Source: an uncultured delta proteobacterium
GTDB lineage: Bacteria; Desulfobacterota; WTBG01; CAIYCZ01
Reading direction: 5' to 3'
DNA length: 64,000 bases
Assembly (NCBI GenBank): GCA_963803975.1
Contig: CAWDOY010000048.1
Coordinates: 32,001 to 96,000, forward strand
This document shows positions 53,902 through 64,000 of the stretch, in pieces. The position numbers were made by a program, and so were the translations under genes. The notes under the pieces are model-generated. The model was not told where the DNA came from. It worked only from the letters and a program-made list of their open reading frames with translations, and did not search any database. Within the stretch, counting starts at the first letter, position 1, and every line of letters starts with the position of its first letter.

Positions 53902-55644
53902 CTAAGGAGCAGAAGGTCCCTGCTGCTCGTTCAAAACACTATGCTGCGAATCAGCCATTACTTTCTCAATTGTCGGAATTATTGATTCCAAAGAATTCCG
54001 TGCCAGATGCTTCAGCGCAGGATTTGCTTCGAGAAGCTTTGTGAGTTCCTCTCCCTGAGAGTAGTAAAGATGTATAAGCTGCCGTCCTTCTTCACTTCGC
54101 ACTAAAAACTCGTCACGATACTTTCTCAGCACATTCAATCGCGGATCATCTTCACCCAGCAGTACGCTTGCAATACAGAGCCTTCCTTCCTTTAACGTCA
54201 CTTTCTGTGCCGTAGAATTAGTGAGCCCACCGCTATCTCTTATTTCCACACGTATCTCATAGGTGGTGATTGTTGCATAGGTATGGGTAGCAGTCTTTGC
54301 GGTGCTGAATTCAGTATCCCACGGGCCGTCACCTTCCCAGTCCCAGCGTACCTCAAGCACCCCGGCAGGATCCTGATTATCATAGCTTTCCGAAGCATCT
54401 ACCGTAATTGTATTGCTGTTGTTACGGGTACCGGGGGTGACGGTAAATTGTGCAATCGGGCTGGTGTTTACTGAAACAGAAATGGTCTGTGAAGCAGTAC
54501 TTACCAGCATACCTTTATCCATCACCTCCAGCGTAACAGTATAGGTGCCCTCAGTGGTATACTGAAAACTTGCTGTTTTAGCAGCACTGTACTCTGTATC
54601 CCATTTGCCGTCACCTTCCCAGTCCCACCTGACCAGCAAGTCATTCTTACCGTCCTCTACATCGCTGCTTGCCGAGGCATCAAAGCTGAAGGTCTCTGTG
54701 GTATAACCTGATGGTTTATTTACTAAAAATGAAGCTGTGGGAGGTATGTTTTTGTAGAAAATGATTTTCCCGCTGGCTCCAACAACAAAAACATCATTAG
54801 AGGGGCTGACCCATACGCCCTGAAGCGGATATGCAGTGCCACTTTCTGTTTCTGACCACGTGCTTCCGTCATAGCGAAAGAGATTTCCTTCGTCCCCCAC
54901 TGCAAACATATAGTCGTTATACGTTCCATTGATTGCCCAAAAGTCCTTAATGGTACCAACCGGCATTTTTGACCAGCCTGCTCCATTATAATGAAGGATG
55001 GTGCCGTTTGCCCCAGCAGCAAAAACATCGTTGGAAGCAACTCCCCAGACAGAATAGAGATGTTCCTTACTGCTGTTTTGCATCTTTGTCCAATTAATGC
55101 CGTCATAATGGAGGATTATTCCATTTGCGCCAACGGCAAATATATCAGTGGATGAAGCTCCCCATATGGCGTTGAGTGGTAAAATAGTAGAACTCACCAT
55201 GGGTGAACAATCCCTGTCATCACACTGCAGAATGGTGCCATTCTCTCCAACGACAAAGCTTTCTGAAGCAGAACTGCTCCAGACCCCGGTGAGATTTTGA
55301 TTAGAGCTGCTCCCGGTTGATAACCAGCTCGTGCCTTTATAGCGCAGAAAAGTTCCTGTAATACCAGCCGATACGGCACTATTTGAAGCATTGCCAGAGA
55401 CTGCCTCCAGATTTGCCGTGGTTGCAGTTTCCATTTTTGTCCAGGTGGCCCCATCATAATGAAGAATTGCTCCATTAGACCCAACGGCAAACACATCATT
55501 GATTGCAGAACCCCAGACACTTTTGAGGTTATTGGTGACCCCGCTTGGCATGGAAACCCATTCTGCAAAAGCATCAGGTGCTATGCAGGCACCAGCAAAC
55601 AACATAAAAATAATAACAGGATATTTAAAACTTTCTTTTCCCAT
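53902..55644 (-). CDS. secreted beta-propeller + 2 PKD domains + CFI-box-CTERM-like domain
   Basis: Signal peptide; 'L..VWG....DVFAVG.NG.ILHYDG..W' repeats; two 'DAS.S.D...WDWEGDG.WD' PKD units; 'CIASVLLGEDDPRL.VLR.YRDEFL....G..LI.LYY'. Confidence 0.8.
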   Translation of the reverse strand: MGKESFKYPVIIFMLFAGACIAPDAFAEWVSMPSGVTNNLKSVWGSAINDVFAVGSNGAILHYDGATWTKMETATTANLEAVSGNASNSAVSAGITGTFLRYKGTSWLSTGSSSNQNLTGVWSSSASESFVVGENGTILQCDDRDCSPMVSSTILPLNAIWGASSTDIFAVGANGIILHYDGINWTKMQNSSKEHLYSVWGVASNDVFAAGANGTILHYNGAGWSKMPVGTIKDFWAINGTYNDYMFAVGDEGNLFRYDGSTWSETESGTAYPLQGVWVSPSNDVFVVGASGKIIFYKNIPPTASFLVNKPSGYTTETFSFDASASSDVEDGKNDLLVRWDWEGDGKWDTEYSAAKTASFQYTTEGTYTVTLEVMDKGMLVSTASQTISVSVNTSPIAQFTVTPGTRNNSNTITVDASESYDNQDPAGVLEVRWDWEGDGPWDTEFSTAKTATHTYATITTYEIRVEIRDSGGLTNSTAQKVTLKEGRLCIASVLLGEDDPRLNVLRKYRDEFLVRSEEGRQLIHLYYSQGEELTKLLEANPALKHLARNSLESIIPTIEKVMADSQHSVLNEQQGPSAP

Positions 55645-56085
55645 TGCTACACTCCCTTATCAATATTAGTATTAACCACCGGTAACGAAGAACAGCTCTG
55701 CGTTCTGTGGTTTTGTAATTTTAAGCTTTCGTCGAGAATCGTATTAAAAAATAAGCACAATATATGCCATTGAACATCCCATTATAATTTCTATGGGGCG
55801 GAAAGAATATTTTGCTTTTTATTTGGAGTTACCGTATAGATTGTTTTGCAAAAATTACATGAAATTAATGGTAGATATGTAGCTCAAGCTGTTTGTAATA
55901 CCTGTGCAGGAGATTTTTTCCCAGGCGTATCATGCCTATTGCTTGCATTTTTATATTGGCCGGGGTTTGTAACCATGATCGCAACGAATTAATTTTCTTG
56001 CATAGGGAAAGATTTTATAATTTTAATAATTTAATCTCCAATAAATAAACAGGGATAGTATTATAAAGAAAGGGCTGTGATCGTT

Positions 56086-56865
56086 ATGGCTATAGATAAT
56101 TTACCCATGGAACCAAAACCATTCCTGCCATTTCCTAAACAGTCCTACGCACTTCCATACCAGGAGCTTTATAAAAACATAAACGGAGACGGTTCATCCT
56201 GTACTGAAAAATCTGAACATGCTGATACCTGGATGGCACAGGTACACTGTTGTCGCGGACCAGTTCTGGAGAAGGCAACGTACACTTTTCTCCATATTGT
56301 CAATGGCACCGTGGGCGGAAGCCCGGGAAGCATCAGCCGGTTTGAAAGCATAGCGTATCCTGCCAATCCCAGGATCCCGGCACTTTTTGTCATGGCCGAT
56401 ATAAATGAAACCGCAGAGATGGGGCGGTACCTTGTTTTTTATCCTGACCTGATTATCCAGGACGGTCAGGCGCATAAACAGGAGAAGAATATTTTCTCAG
56501 CTGCTTTAAAAGCTGTTTGCGAAAAGCATAATCAGGATTTTGAGCAGCATAACAGCTTTATCATCGGTCGAGGTGTTTTTGGCGGCTGTGCTGGAGAGTG
56601 CGGTTTGATGGGTTTCTTTCAGGAATCTGACATCCCGTTTGTTGAGGAAATGCTTTCAGCTATTCCTTCGGTCTATTGCCAGTTGCTTTCAGATTGCAGC
56701 TATGAACCAGCGAATGATGCTGACTATAAAGCACTGTATGCAACGCGTGCACGGCTTATTGAATGGATGATTGCTGAAAGTTTAGGAACAAAAATTATGC
56801 GGGAAAACAGCATCCCTCTGTCTATAGTTGAGGCATCCAGTTTCCCGCCGGTGGTAAAGTATTAA
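56086..56865 (+). CDS. divergent HemF (coproporphyrinogen III oxidase)-fold protein
   Basis: GPVLEKA, YPANPRIP, GRGVFGG, RARLIEW, C-terminal SFPPVVKY resemble HemF motifs. Confidence 0.5.
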   Translation: MAIDNLPMEPKPFLPFPKQSYALPYQELYKNINGDGSSCTEKSEHADTWMAQVHCCRGPVLEKATYTFLHIVNGTVGGSPGSISRFESIAYPANPRIPALFVMADINETAEMGRYLVFYPDLIIQDGQAHKQEKNIFSAALKAVCEKHNQDFEQHNSFIIGRGVFGGCAGECGLMGFFQESDIPFVEEMLSAIPSVYCQLLSDCSYEPANDADYKALYATRARLIEWMIAESLGTKIMRENSIPLSIVEASSFPPVVKY

Positions 56866-57011
56866 AAGCAACTGGTGAATGGGTCAACAGGTGGAGAGAT
56901 AAAGAGTGCAAAAGGATCAGGTATTAGGATGGAAACACCATAGTAGTTTTTCTGCTTCTTTGGTCTCCTCGTCTTTTTGCGTTTTTAGGAGAGCAAAAAC
57001 TCACAAAAAAA

Positions 57012-57035
57012 TTCCTGATTTCTTGAGTTCCAGAT
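57012..57035. repeat. right arm of the ATCTGGAACTC palindromic element
   Basis: TTCCTGATTTCTTGAGTTCCAGAT, near-identical to 8893-8916. Confidence 0.6.
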
Positions 57036-57060
57036 TTTTATTGTTTATTCCCGTAAAAAA

Positions 57061-57088
57061 AGGGCTGCAGGAAGGACCTGCAGCCCTG
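57061..57088 (-). terminator. intrinsic terminator
   Basis: AGGGCTGCAGG-aagga-CCTGCAGCCCT with an adjacent A6 tract (U-tract on the minus strand). Confidence 0.75.
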
Positions 57089-57158
57089 AACAAATGTACA
57101 CCTCGCCAGTGCGGAGATGTGGTTATTATACCGGTAACACGCTGGTTACCGGAAACTT

Positions 57159-57582
57159 TTACGCACTTACTTCATCTACATCTTCCTCTACTTCCACAAA
57201 CTTTAAGGCATCGCTGGTGCACCATTTGACACAGGATGGATCCGGCGGCTCACCGCACAAATCACATTTTAAAGGAACTTCGGTTCCCGGCTCAAAAAAG
57301 AACGGTTTTTCCGGACACGCTGCCCGGCATAGTGCGCACGTATCATAGCGTCTCACCCTTAATCGTTATAACATTTCTTGACGTGCACTTTGCGTCAGTA
57401 TACGGCCCGGATATTACTGGATAGTTATTGCCCTTTTCCATATCCACAAAAACTTTTATGCGGGATAAACGGGGGTTGACGGTATTTTCCTCAGTATGTG
57501 CCATGGCACACGCCGTCTCACAGTGTCGACAGCCGGTACATTTATCAAAGTCTATAAAGATTTTTTTGACTGTCTGCTTCAT
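57159..57582 (-). CDS. BamC-like polyferredoxin (frameshift near 57350)
   Basis: CTGCRHCETAC, NPRLSRI, 'G.YT.A.C..R....G..YD.CALCRAACP', KCDLC, CVKWC. Confidence 0.75.
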
Positions 57583-57912
57583 AAGTACCTCCTGTTATAT
57601 AAAGGTTAGCAATAGTATCCTTCGGTTACCCGTTCGCCATGGAGCAGAGACGACTCATTCTCAGCAATGCACCATGAGCCGGAAAATTCTTTCAGCAAAC
57701 AGCTATAGCGTAGTAAAGCAAATTCCCCGGACATTAGTATTCTGCTCCGTCGGTTGTCAGTACTTGCTATTCGCTGCTATAGTAATGTCAGTCGTATTTA
57801 GTTGCTGCCGCAAAAGGAAGAGGAGGAGTGAAACCAGAAACAGTATGCTACGGTTCAAAGAAAAATACAGTATGGTTTGTTTAACTCTTTATTAATTTAT
57901 CGGTCGTTTATA

Positions 57913-59742
57913 TTATAACCCTAATTCTGCCAACTTGCCAGGGGAAGGAACACCGTCTGCGTTCCATCCTCGTAATTCATAATACTGGGGCAGCATTTCA
58001 TCAAGTTTAGAAACGCGCCCCTTAGCAGGACCCTCAGGCATAGGCTCTTTTAAAAACCGGGAGGGCAGGGTATCATCAGCTTTGGTAATGCCGGCCTTGA
58101 GATTAAATAACCGCTCCATGTTCCACATCCGCTCTCCGGCCAACAGCACATTTTCTGCTGGTATAGCCAGCGCCGGTACAAACCTCAAGCATGTCAACCA
58201 TATCGTCAACGCTGAAACCCTCAGCAAGGCTGACAAACAGGCACAGCCCTGATGAATCAATGACACCGGTAAGATCCTGAAATGCTTTAATGACCGCTGG
58301 TTTGCCCTTGCTCATCGAACGGATCAAGCTTCTGATTTACTCCCAGTATCTCGACCGCAATGCCATAGCTGCGCACATGGCAGGCGCCCCTGTTTGACGT
58401 GGCATAGCTGAGGCCCATTGACTGGACGCCGCGCGGGTCATAGGCAGGAAGCCCCTGCTTTTTTACCCCCATGAAGAGTTCCGGGTGGCCGTATTTTTCC
58501 GCTAATGCATAGCCTCCTTCAGCCATGACATCTCCAATGCCCTCGCGCAGCCCCATCATTGACGTCAGTTTAACCAGTGCCTCGCCGTTGCCAAAGTTTG
58601 CCTTAAAACCGATGTCTTTCTCAGGCAGGTATCCTTTTTCAAACAGCTCCATGAGGCAGGCTACTATATTTCCCACATCTATGGTATCCATGCCTAATTG
58701 GTTACAGAGATAATTGGCCTTGGTAACAGGGGCGAGATCGTTTATCCCGCAGGATGCTCCCATAAGGGCAACGGTTTCATATTCAGGCCCTTCTCCTTCT
58801 CCTTCATATTTTTTATCTTTAATCACCGTGGACCTGCCGCAGGCCATAGGACAGGCAAAGCAGCCCTTATTTCTCTTTAAAATGGTGTCCCTGATGTTCT
58901 CGCCACTGATTTTCATGGCATCCGGAAAGACGCCGGTTTGAAAGTTATTGGTGCACAGGATGCCGCTCTCATTTATGATATTGACCAGTACTGATGTGCC
59001 GAATATGGGCAGTGCCTGAGCAGTGACCTTCGCCACATCCGATCTGTTTTTGGCAATGCTTGCCTTAATTATGTCTCTGAATTTGTTCCGGTCCGGAACA
59101 GGAATACCCTTGGTCCCCATCACAGCGATTGCTTTTAAATTTTTTGCGCCCATCACCGCGCCGACGCCGGAGCGCCCGGCTGCGCGCGATTTGTCGTTTA
59201 TAATACAGGCGACCCGGCACAGCTTTTCTCCGGCCGGCCCGATGCTTGCAATCCGGAACTCTCGGCCTTTCCACTGGCTGCCGATCTCAGCCCGGATCAG
59301 GTCTTCGGTCTCATCAGTCTGTTTCCCCCAAAGATCAGCTGCTGATTTAAATTCAATCACATCATCCTTGATCATCAGATAAACCGGTTCCGGGGCTTTG
59401 CCCTCAAAGAATAATCATATCGTATCCGGCATACTTCATTTCGGGCCCGAAATAACCGCCGGAATTGGAACAGGCAATGCAATTATTAAGCGGCGATTTT
59501 GTTACGACCATGTAGCGGGAGCTGGCAATCAATCCCGTTCCTGTCAGGGGGCCTGTTGCAAAGATCAGCTTGTTGTCCTCGCTGAGCGGGTCCACCGTTG
59601 GATCAACTTCATCGACAAGATATTTTTCCGCAAGCCCTCTTCCGCCCACATAATCTTTTGCCATATCAGGGTCCAGATCTTCAACAGCAAAGCTTGAATT
59701 GCTCAAATCAACTCTTAAAATTTTACCGATCCAGCCATTCAT
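57913..59742 (-). CDS. aor: canonical-type aldehyde:ferredoxin oxidoreductase (frameshifts near 59405, 58300, 58160)
   Basis: [22 protein letters not shown]....[46 protein letters not shown]. Confidence 0.9.
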
Positions 59743-59935
59743 AATGCGTGCTCCTTTCTGAGATAGGAACCTTTAAAGATTCTTTTTATTTTGAACTACC
59801 TTATAGCGTATATGTGCAGATAGTATGCAGGAACATATTTTATGTCAAGTATAAATATATTGTTTCTATCATGCTGATAAAACATATATTTTATCAAGCA
59901 GCAAGCAGCGCTGCACACCATGCAGCGCGTGACGG

Positions 59936-60760
59936 TTAAAACTCGGGCAGATTTTTCAGTGTCGCATAATCAAAGACCGGCCCATCCTTGCACACATAGA
60001 AATTGCCCACATTACACCTGCCGCATTTCCCGATGCCGCACTTCATCCTGTTTTCCAGCGTAGTAAAAATCTGCTGTTCGGAAAAGCCCAGTTCAAGAAG
60101 GTTGTGTATCACATATTTAATCATTACCGGCGGGCCGCAGGTGATGGCAATGGTATTCTCGGGAGACGGCTTGATGCGCAGGACGTTGTTGGGCACAAAG
60201 CCGACAAACCGCTTCCAGTCCGGGTCTGCCATATCAATAGACAGGTGCACCTTTAAGTCATTGCGTTTTTCCAGTTCAAACAGTTCAGTTTTATAGCACA
60301 GATCGCCGGCGCTGCGCGCGCCGTAAATAATATCAAACTGTTCAAAATCATCTCTGTTGTCCAGGATATACTGGACTATCGGCCGCAGCGGCGCCTGGCC
60401 AATGCCGCCGCCGATGGTTACAATGTTTTTGCCTTTCCATGCTGCAATGGGGAAGCCGTTGCCGTATGGTCCCCGGAGGGTTATCGTTTCACCTGCTTCA
60501 CAGTCATGCAGGGCCGATGTCACCTTCCCCAGCTTCATGATGCTGAATTCAAGATACTCGCTCTGCGTCGGGGAAGAGGCAATGGAAATCATGCTTTCAC
60601 CCACCCGCAGAATGCCGACCATAGCACACTGGCCCGGTTTCTGATTTAATGCCTGGCCATTCTGCAGGGCCACTTTAAAGGTCCTGATGGGACGCGCGCC
60701 GTTGGTTTCCTGGCGTATTTCAACAATAGTAGCTTTCTCTGGAAGATACGGGTTCATCAT
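59936..60760 (-). CDS. flxA: FlxA-like FAD/NAD-binding 2Fe-2S subunit
   Basis: RGPYGNGF, GGGIGQAPLR, CGPPVM, MKCGIGKCGRC..CKDGPVF. Confidence 0.88.
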   Translation of the reverse strand: MMNPYLPEKATIVEIRQETNGARPIRTFKVALQNGQALNQKPGQCAMVGILRVGESMISIASSPTQSEYLEFSIMKLGKVTSALHDCEAGETITLRGPYGNGFPIAAWKGKNIVTIGGGIGQAPLRPIVQYILDNRDDFEQFDIIYGARSAGDLCYKTELFELEKRNDLKVHLSIDMADPDWKRFVGFVPNNVLRIKPSPENTIAITCGPPVMIKYVIHNLLELGFSEQQIFTTLENRMKCGIGKCGRCNVGNFYVCKDGPVFDYATLKNLPEF

Positions 60761-61780
60761 GCAGCGCCTTTAACCGCTAGCAGATTTTCAATGATGTCCT
60801 CATTGACCGGGCACAGGGTAATGCATCTGCCGCAGCCCACGCAGCCGAAGGTGCCGAAGGTATCAACATTGAATTTGAATTTATGATAGATTCTGTTTTT
60901 AAGCCGTTCCACCCGTGTCGGCCTTGGATTGTGGCCTGACGCGTGCAGGGTATATTCCTTGTACATACAGGAGTCCCACACCCTGACTCTTCTGCCTCTT
61001 TTTTTTGCCATGGGCTCATCCTGCATATCAAAGCAATAGCAGGTGGGACAGGTGTAGGTACAGATCCCGCAGCCAATGCACTTTAACGCCATTTTTTTCC
61101 AGACCGGGTGTTCAAATATTCTGCCCAGCGTATCGGTCACTCCCGCAAGGTCTATTGCCGCTTAATGCTGCGTTCGGCGTTCTGCGACAGCTCCTCGCCC
61201 TGTTTGATATCTTCTGCCGATGCGGCAATAAACAGAGAGGATGTTTTATCTAATTATTTCTTTTCCTTTTTCTGAAAGCACTGCAACCAGATACCGGTCA
61301 CCGAGATCGGTACACAGCAGGTCAAGCCCCTCCTGTCCGCACGGGTTGCCTCCCACCGAGGTACAGAAGCAGTTTGCAAACGGCTCCGTACAGGCCATGC
61401 CAATCAGCATGGCTTTATTTCTGCGCGTCAAGATAATACGGATCCGGGATATCGCCTTTAAAGACCGGGTCAAGCAGAGAAAAGCTGCGGGCATCACAGG
61501 GGCGAACGCCAAACAAAATGCTTTGTTTTATGTCCTGGGCATCCGGCGCCTGTATCTGATCATTCTGATCATAGGAGTAAAGCGGCTCGGTTTGCGGGAA
61601 GATCGTATGCTTTATGATTTTTGCCTGATGGGCGAGGTCCGGCGAATTATTGCGGCAATCCAATAATGGTTGAAAAAGGGTGTCCCCGTCTTTTTCTATT
61701 GGTGCCCAGAGCAAGTAGTCAGTAGATAGAGAGGATAAAAAATCTTTTATTGAATCTTTCTGCAGTACAAACACATCCAT
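60757..61780 (-). CDS. flxB: FlxB-like (AsrA-like) 4Fe-4S protein (frameshifts)
   Basis: FGVRPCDA, CFCTSVG, CIGCGICTYTCPTCYCF, CVGCGRCITLCPV. Confidence 0.82.
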
Positions 61781-61790
61781 GCGCGAAACC

Positions 61791-62768
61791 TTATAAAATG
61801 AAACCCTGAGGATCTTCCGTGTGAAAGGTTGTCAGGAGCGACTTTGCTTTTGGATCCTTGCCTGATTCATAGCCAAAAAGCTCTTTTGCATCTTTTTCCA
61901 GCTTGCGGTTAAGCTTCATCAGCGGAAGGTTCATGGGGCACACGCGCTCGCACTCCCCGCAGCCGATACATCTTCCGGCAAGGTGAAAGGTGCGGATAAT
62001 CTGGAACATGAAATTTTCCGAGGTATCAACAGAACGACGCAGCCACTGGGGACTCAGGCTGTCCAGACTGCAGATGGTTGAATAGCAGAGCGGGCACACA
62101 TTCCTGCAGGCATAACACCGGACGCACTTGGAGAACTGCTGCTGCCAGTAGGCAAGCCGTTCTTCTACGGGTAATGCTTCGAACGCCGCTATATCATCAT
62201 AATGGGCCGGCCGGGCTGGGAGCTTGTCCCCGATCAGCTTATCGTAGATGAGCGGCGTGGGATACTGGCATACCTTGCACAGCTCGGCAAGCAGTTCCTC
62301 TTTGGGCACGGTATGCGACTCTCCCTGAAAGGAGATGATATAGTTCCCGTTTTCTTCAGTCACTTCTGCTGGTTCAGTCACCTGGGGAAAGCGGGCTTCA
62401 ATCTTTCGCTGATCAATGACGCCCTTGCACGAAACACCAATGATATACAGCTTATCCCGCGGCACACCCTTTTCTTCTATCAGCAGATTAATTGCCCGGG
62501 AATCACAGCCGCGCGCAACAATGGCTATTTTTGAAGGCTTCATTGCCTGTTCCGTGAGACCGGGGAGGGTTTCTTCCATCATAACATATTTAACCAGGCT
62601 CATATTGCACAGAGGGGAAATAATGAGCTGGTCAATATCCTCCTTCGGCTCAATAAATGCGGGGGAGACTCTGAAGCCGTAGCTGCCTTTCTTATAGCCG
62701 ATCAGATATTTTACGTCTTTGCGGCCAAGCGCCCGCGCTGCTTCATCTTTCAGCTTTTGCACACTCAT
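61791..62768 (-). CDS. flxC: FlxC-like 4Fe-4S protein
   Basis: RGCDSRA, CVRCYACRNVCPLCY, HLAGRCIGCGECERVCP. Confidence 0.82.
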   Translation of the reverse strand: MSVQKLKDEAARALGRKDVKYLIGYKKGSYGFRVSPAFIEPKEDIDQLIISPLCNMSLVKYVMMEETLPGLTEQAMKPSKIAIVARGCDSRAINLLIEEKGVPRDKLYIIGVSCKGVIDQRKIEARFPQVTEPAEVTEENGNYIISFQGESHTVPKEELLAELCKVCQYPTPLIYDKLIGDKLPARPAHYDDIAAFEALPVEERLAYWQQQFSKCVRCYACRNVCPLCYSTICSLDSLSPQWLRRSVDTSENFMFQIIRTFHLAGRCIGCGECERVCPMNLPLMKLNRKLEKDAKELFGYESGKDPKAKSLLTTFHTEDPQGFIL

Positions 62769-63187
62769 ACCGCTTCCCGTAGATAGGATTGCTGGGGACC
62801 TATTTCCTGTAATTCTTTGGTTATCTCAGTTATGACATCAGCAAACTTCTTTCCTTCTGACGCTGAAACCCAGCTCATGCGCAGCCGCAGCGGGTTAATG
62901 CCGCTGAACTCAAGGAGACTCCGCAGCATGGTAAACCTGCGCCGCGCAAGATAATTGCCACTCACATAGTGGCATTCGCCGGGGTGTCAGCCGGACACCA
63001 GTACGCCGTCCGCTCCCTCCCGCAGTGCCTGCACGACAAACAGCGGGTTTACTCTGCCGGTGCACATGACGCGCACCACCTTCACATTGGGCGGGTAGTG
63101 CATGCGGGTCGTGCCGGTTAAATCTGCGCCGGCGTATGAACACCAGTTGCAGAGAAATGCGACGATGTTCGGTTCAAATTCACTCAT
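62765..63187 (-). CDS. mvhD: MvhD/FlxD 2Fe-2S subunit, selenoprotein
   Basis: [37 protein letters not shown]; in-frame UGA at 62987-62989 occupies the conserved Cys position. Confidence 0.92.
62956..62974 (-). promoter_or_regulatory. bacterial SECIS-like hairpin
   Basis: TGCCACT-ATGTG-AGTGGCA beginning 12 nt after the UGA. Confidence 0.7.
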
Positions 63188-64000
63188 AGCGTTCTCCAAG
63201 AGCTGCAATAACTGAAAGCATTTGTTCGTCGGTAAATGATTTTTGCTGCATCGCGCCGCAGAGGCACGCAGCGACACATTGACCGCAGCCCTTACAAACA
63301 ACTTCATTAACCGCTGCAATCTGCAGAAGGTGGCCATCGCGCTCAACTGTTTTTAACTCAATAGCCTCATAGGGACACACCTCGACACACAGCTCACAGC
63401 CGCGGCAGGTACGCTCATCAGCAAATGAAACAAGTGCCTCGGTTTTTACTTTTCCCTGAGCCAGCGGGGTGCAGGCTCGTGATGCTGCGCCACAGGCCTG
63501 CGCAACCGTATCAGGAATATCCTTTGGCCCCTGGCAGCACCCGGCCAGGAATATGCCGTCACTTGCGGTATCCATCGGGCGCAGCTTGGGATGTGCTTCA
63601 TAGAAGAACTTGTCCGTTGATTGCGATAACTTTAACAACTTTGCAATCACCGGGCTGTCAGATCGCGGCACCATGCCGACGGCAAGCACCACGAGATCAG
63701 CTTCCACTTCAACGGGCTGACCCAGCAGGGTATCTTCCGCCCTGACGATGAGTTTATCGCCTCTTTTAAAGACATCGGAGACATTGCCCCGGCGGTACAT
63801 AATGCCTTCTTCTTTTACCCGGTCATAAAACTCCTCAAAGCCTTTGCCAAATGCCCGCACGTCTATGTAAAATGCCGTGATGCGCGCGTCCGGTATCTTG
63901 TCTCTTACCAGATGCGCCTGTTTTGCGGTGTACATGCAGCAGACCCGCGAACAGTATTCATTGCCGATCGATTTATCACGTGAGCCCACGCACTGCACAA
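63180..64000 (-). CDS. hdrA: heterodisulfide reductase subunit A, C-terminal part (5' partial)
   Basis: QCVGSRD...[38 protein letters not shown]; two ferredoxin motifs. Confidence 0.95.
   Translation of the reverse strand, partial: VQCVGSRDKSIGNEYCSRVCCMYTAKQAHLVRDKIPDARITAFYIDVRAFGKGFEEFYDRVKEEGIMYRRGNVSDVFKRGDKLIVRAEDTLLGQPVEVEADLVVLAVGMVPRSDSPVIAKLLKLSQSTDKFFYEAHPKLRPMDTASDGIFLAGCCQGPKDIPDTVAQACGAASRACTPLAQGKVKTEALVSFADERTCRGCELCVEVCPYEAIELKTVERDGHLLQIAAVNEVVCKGCGQCVAACLCGAMQQKSFTDEQMLSVIAALGERYE

Noticed and set aside
57600..57900. Possible structured RNA or ORF 57428..57895 between aor and the ferredoxin
   Set aside because: No recognisable riboswitch consensus or convincing stems by eye; the ORF overlaps the ferredoxin antisense and lacks motifs.
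57913..59742. AOR as BamB (class II benzoyl-CoA reductase)
   Set aside because: Motifs match canonical AOR, and no aromatic-degradation genes are in the window.
1..64000. More than 20 frameshifted genes as mass pseudogenisation or programmed frameshifting
   Set aside because: Breaks are single-base indels, often in short homopolymers, spread evenly over core genes (echA, flxB, aor) with no other decay. This is typical of unpolished long-read error.

Overview
This window looks like DNA from a strictly anaerobic, Desulfobacterota-like (deltaproteobacterial) bacterium; the lineage is inferred from gene content. The assembly has many single-base indels that split otherwise intact genes. There are two energy-metabolism blocks. 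The first (11.9-24.5 kb, minus strand) has a two-component system, a fused EutB-EutC ethanolamine ammonia-lyase with an apparent Sec signal peptide, and a complete echABCDEF [NiFe]-hydrogenase operon whose EchF reads in frame into an aldehyde:ferredoxin oxidoreductase (AOR). The second (47-64 kb) has three more AOR-family genes, a Moco/Tuco RNA motif, a W-cofactor radical-SAM maturase, a BamC-like ferredoxin and hdrA-flxD(Sec)-flxC-flxB-flxA. Around them lies a mosaic accessory region: RND efflux, K+ channel, aquaporin, Cax, lipoproteins, two DUF2092 modules, a GH63-like hydrolase, a RAYT with REPINs and MITE-like repeats. This region carries five copies of a conserved promoter/leader module in front of unrelated genes. 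The best candidates for a new system are the EutBC -> AOR-EchF -> Ech pathway and the repeated intergenic module.
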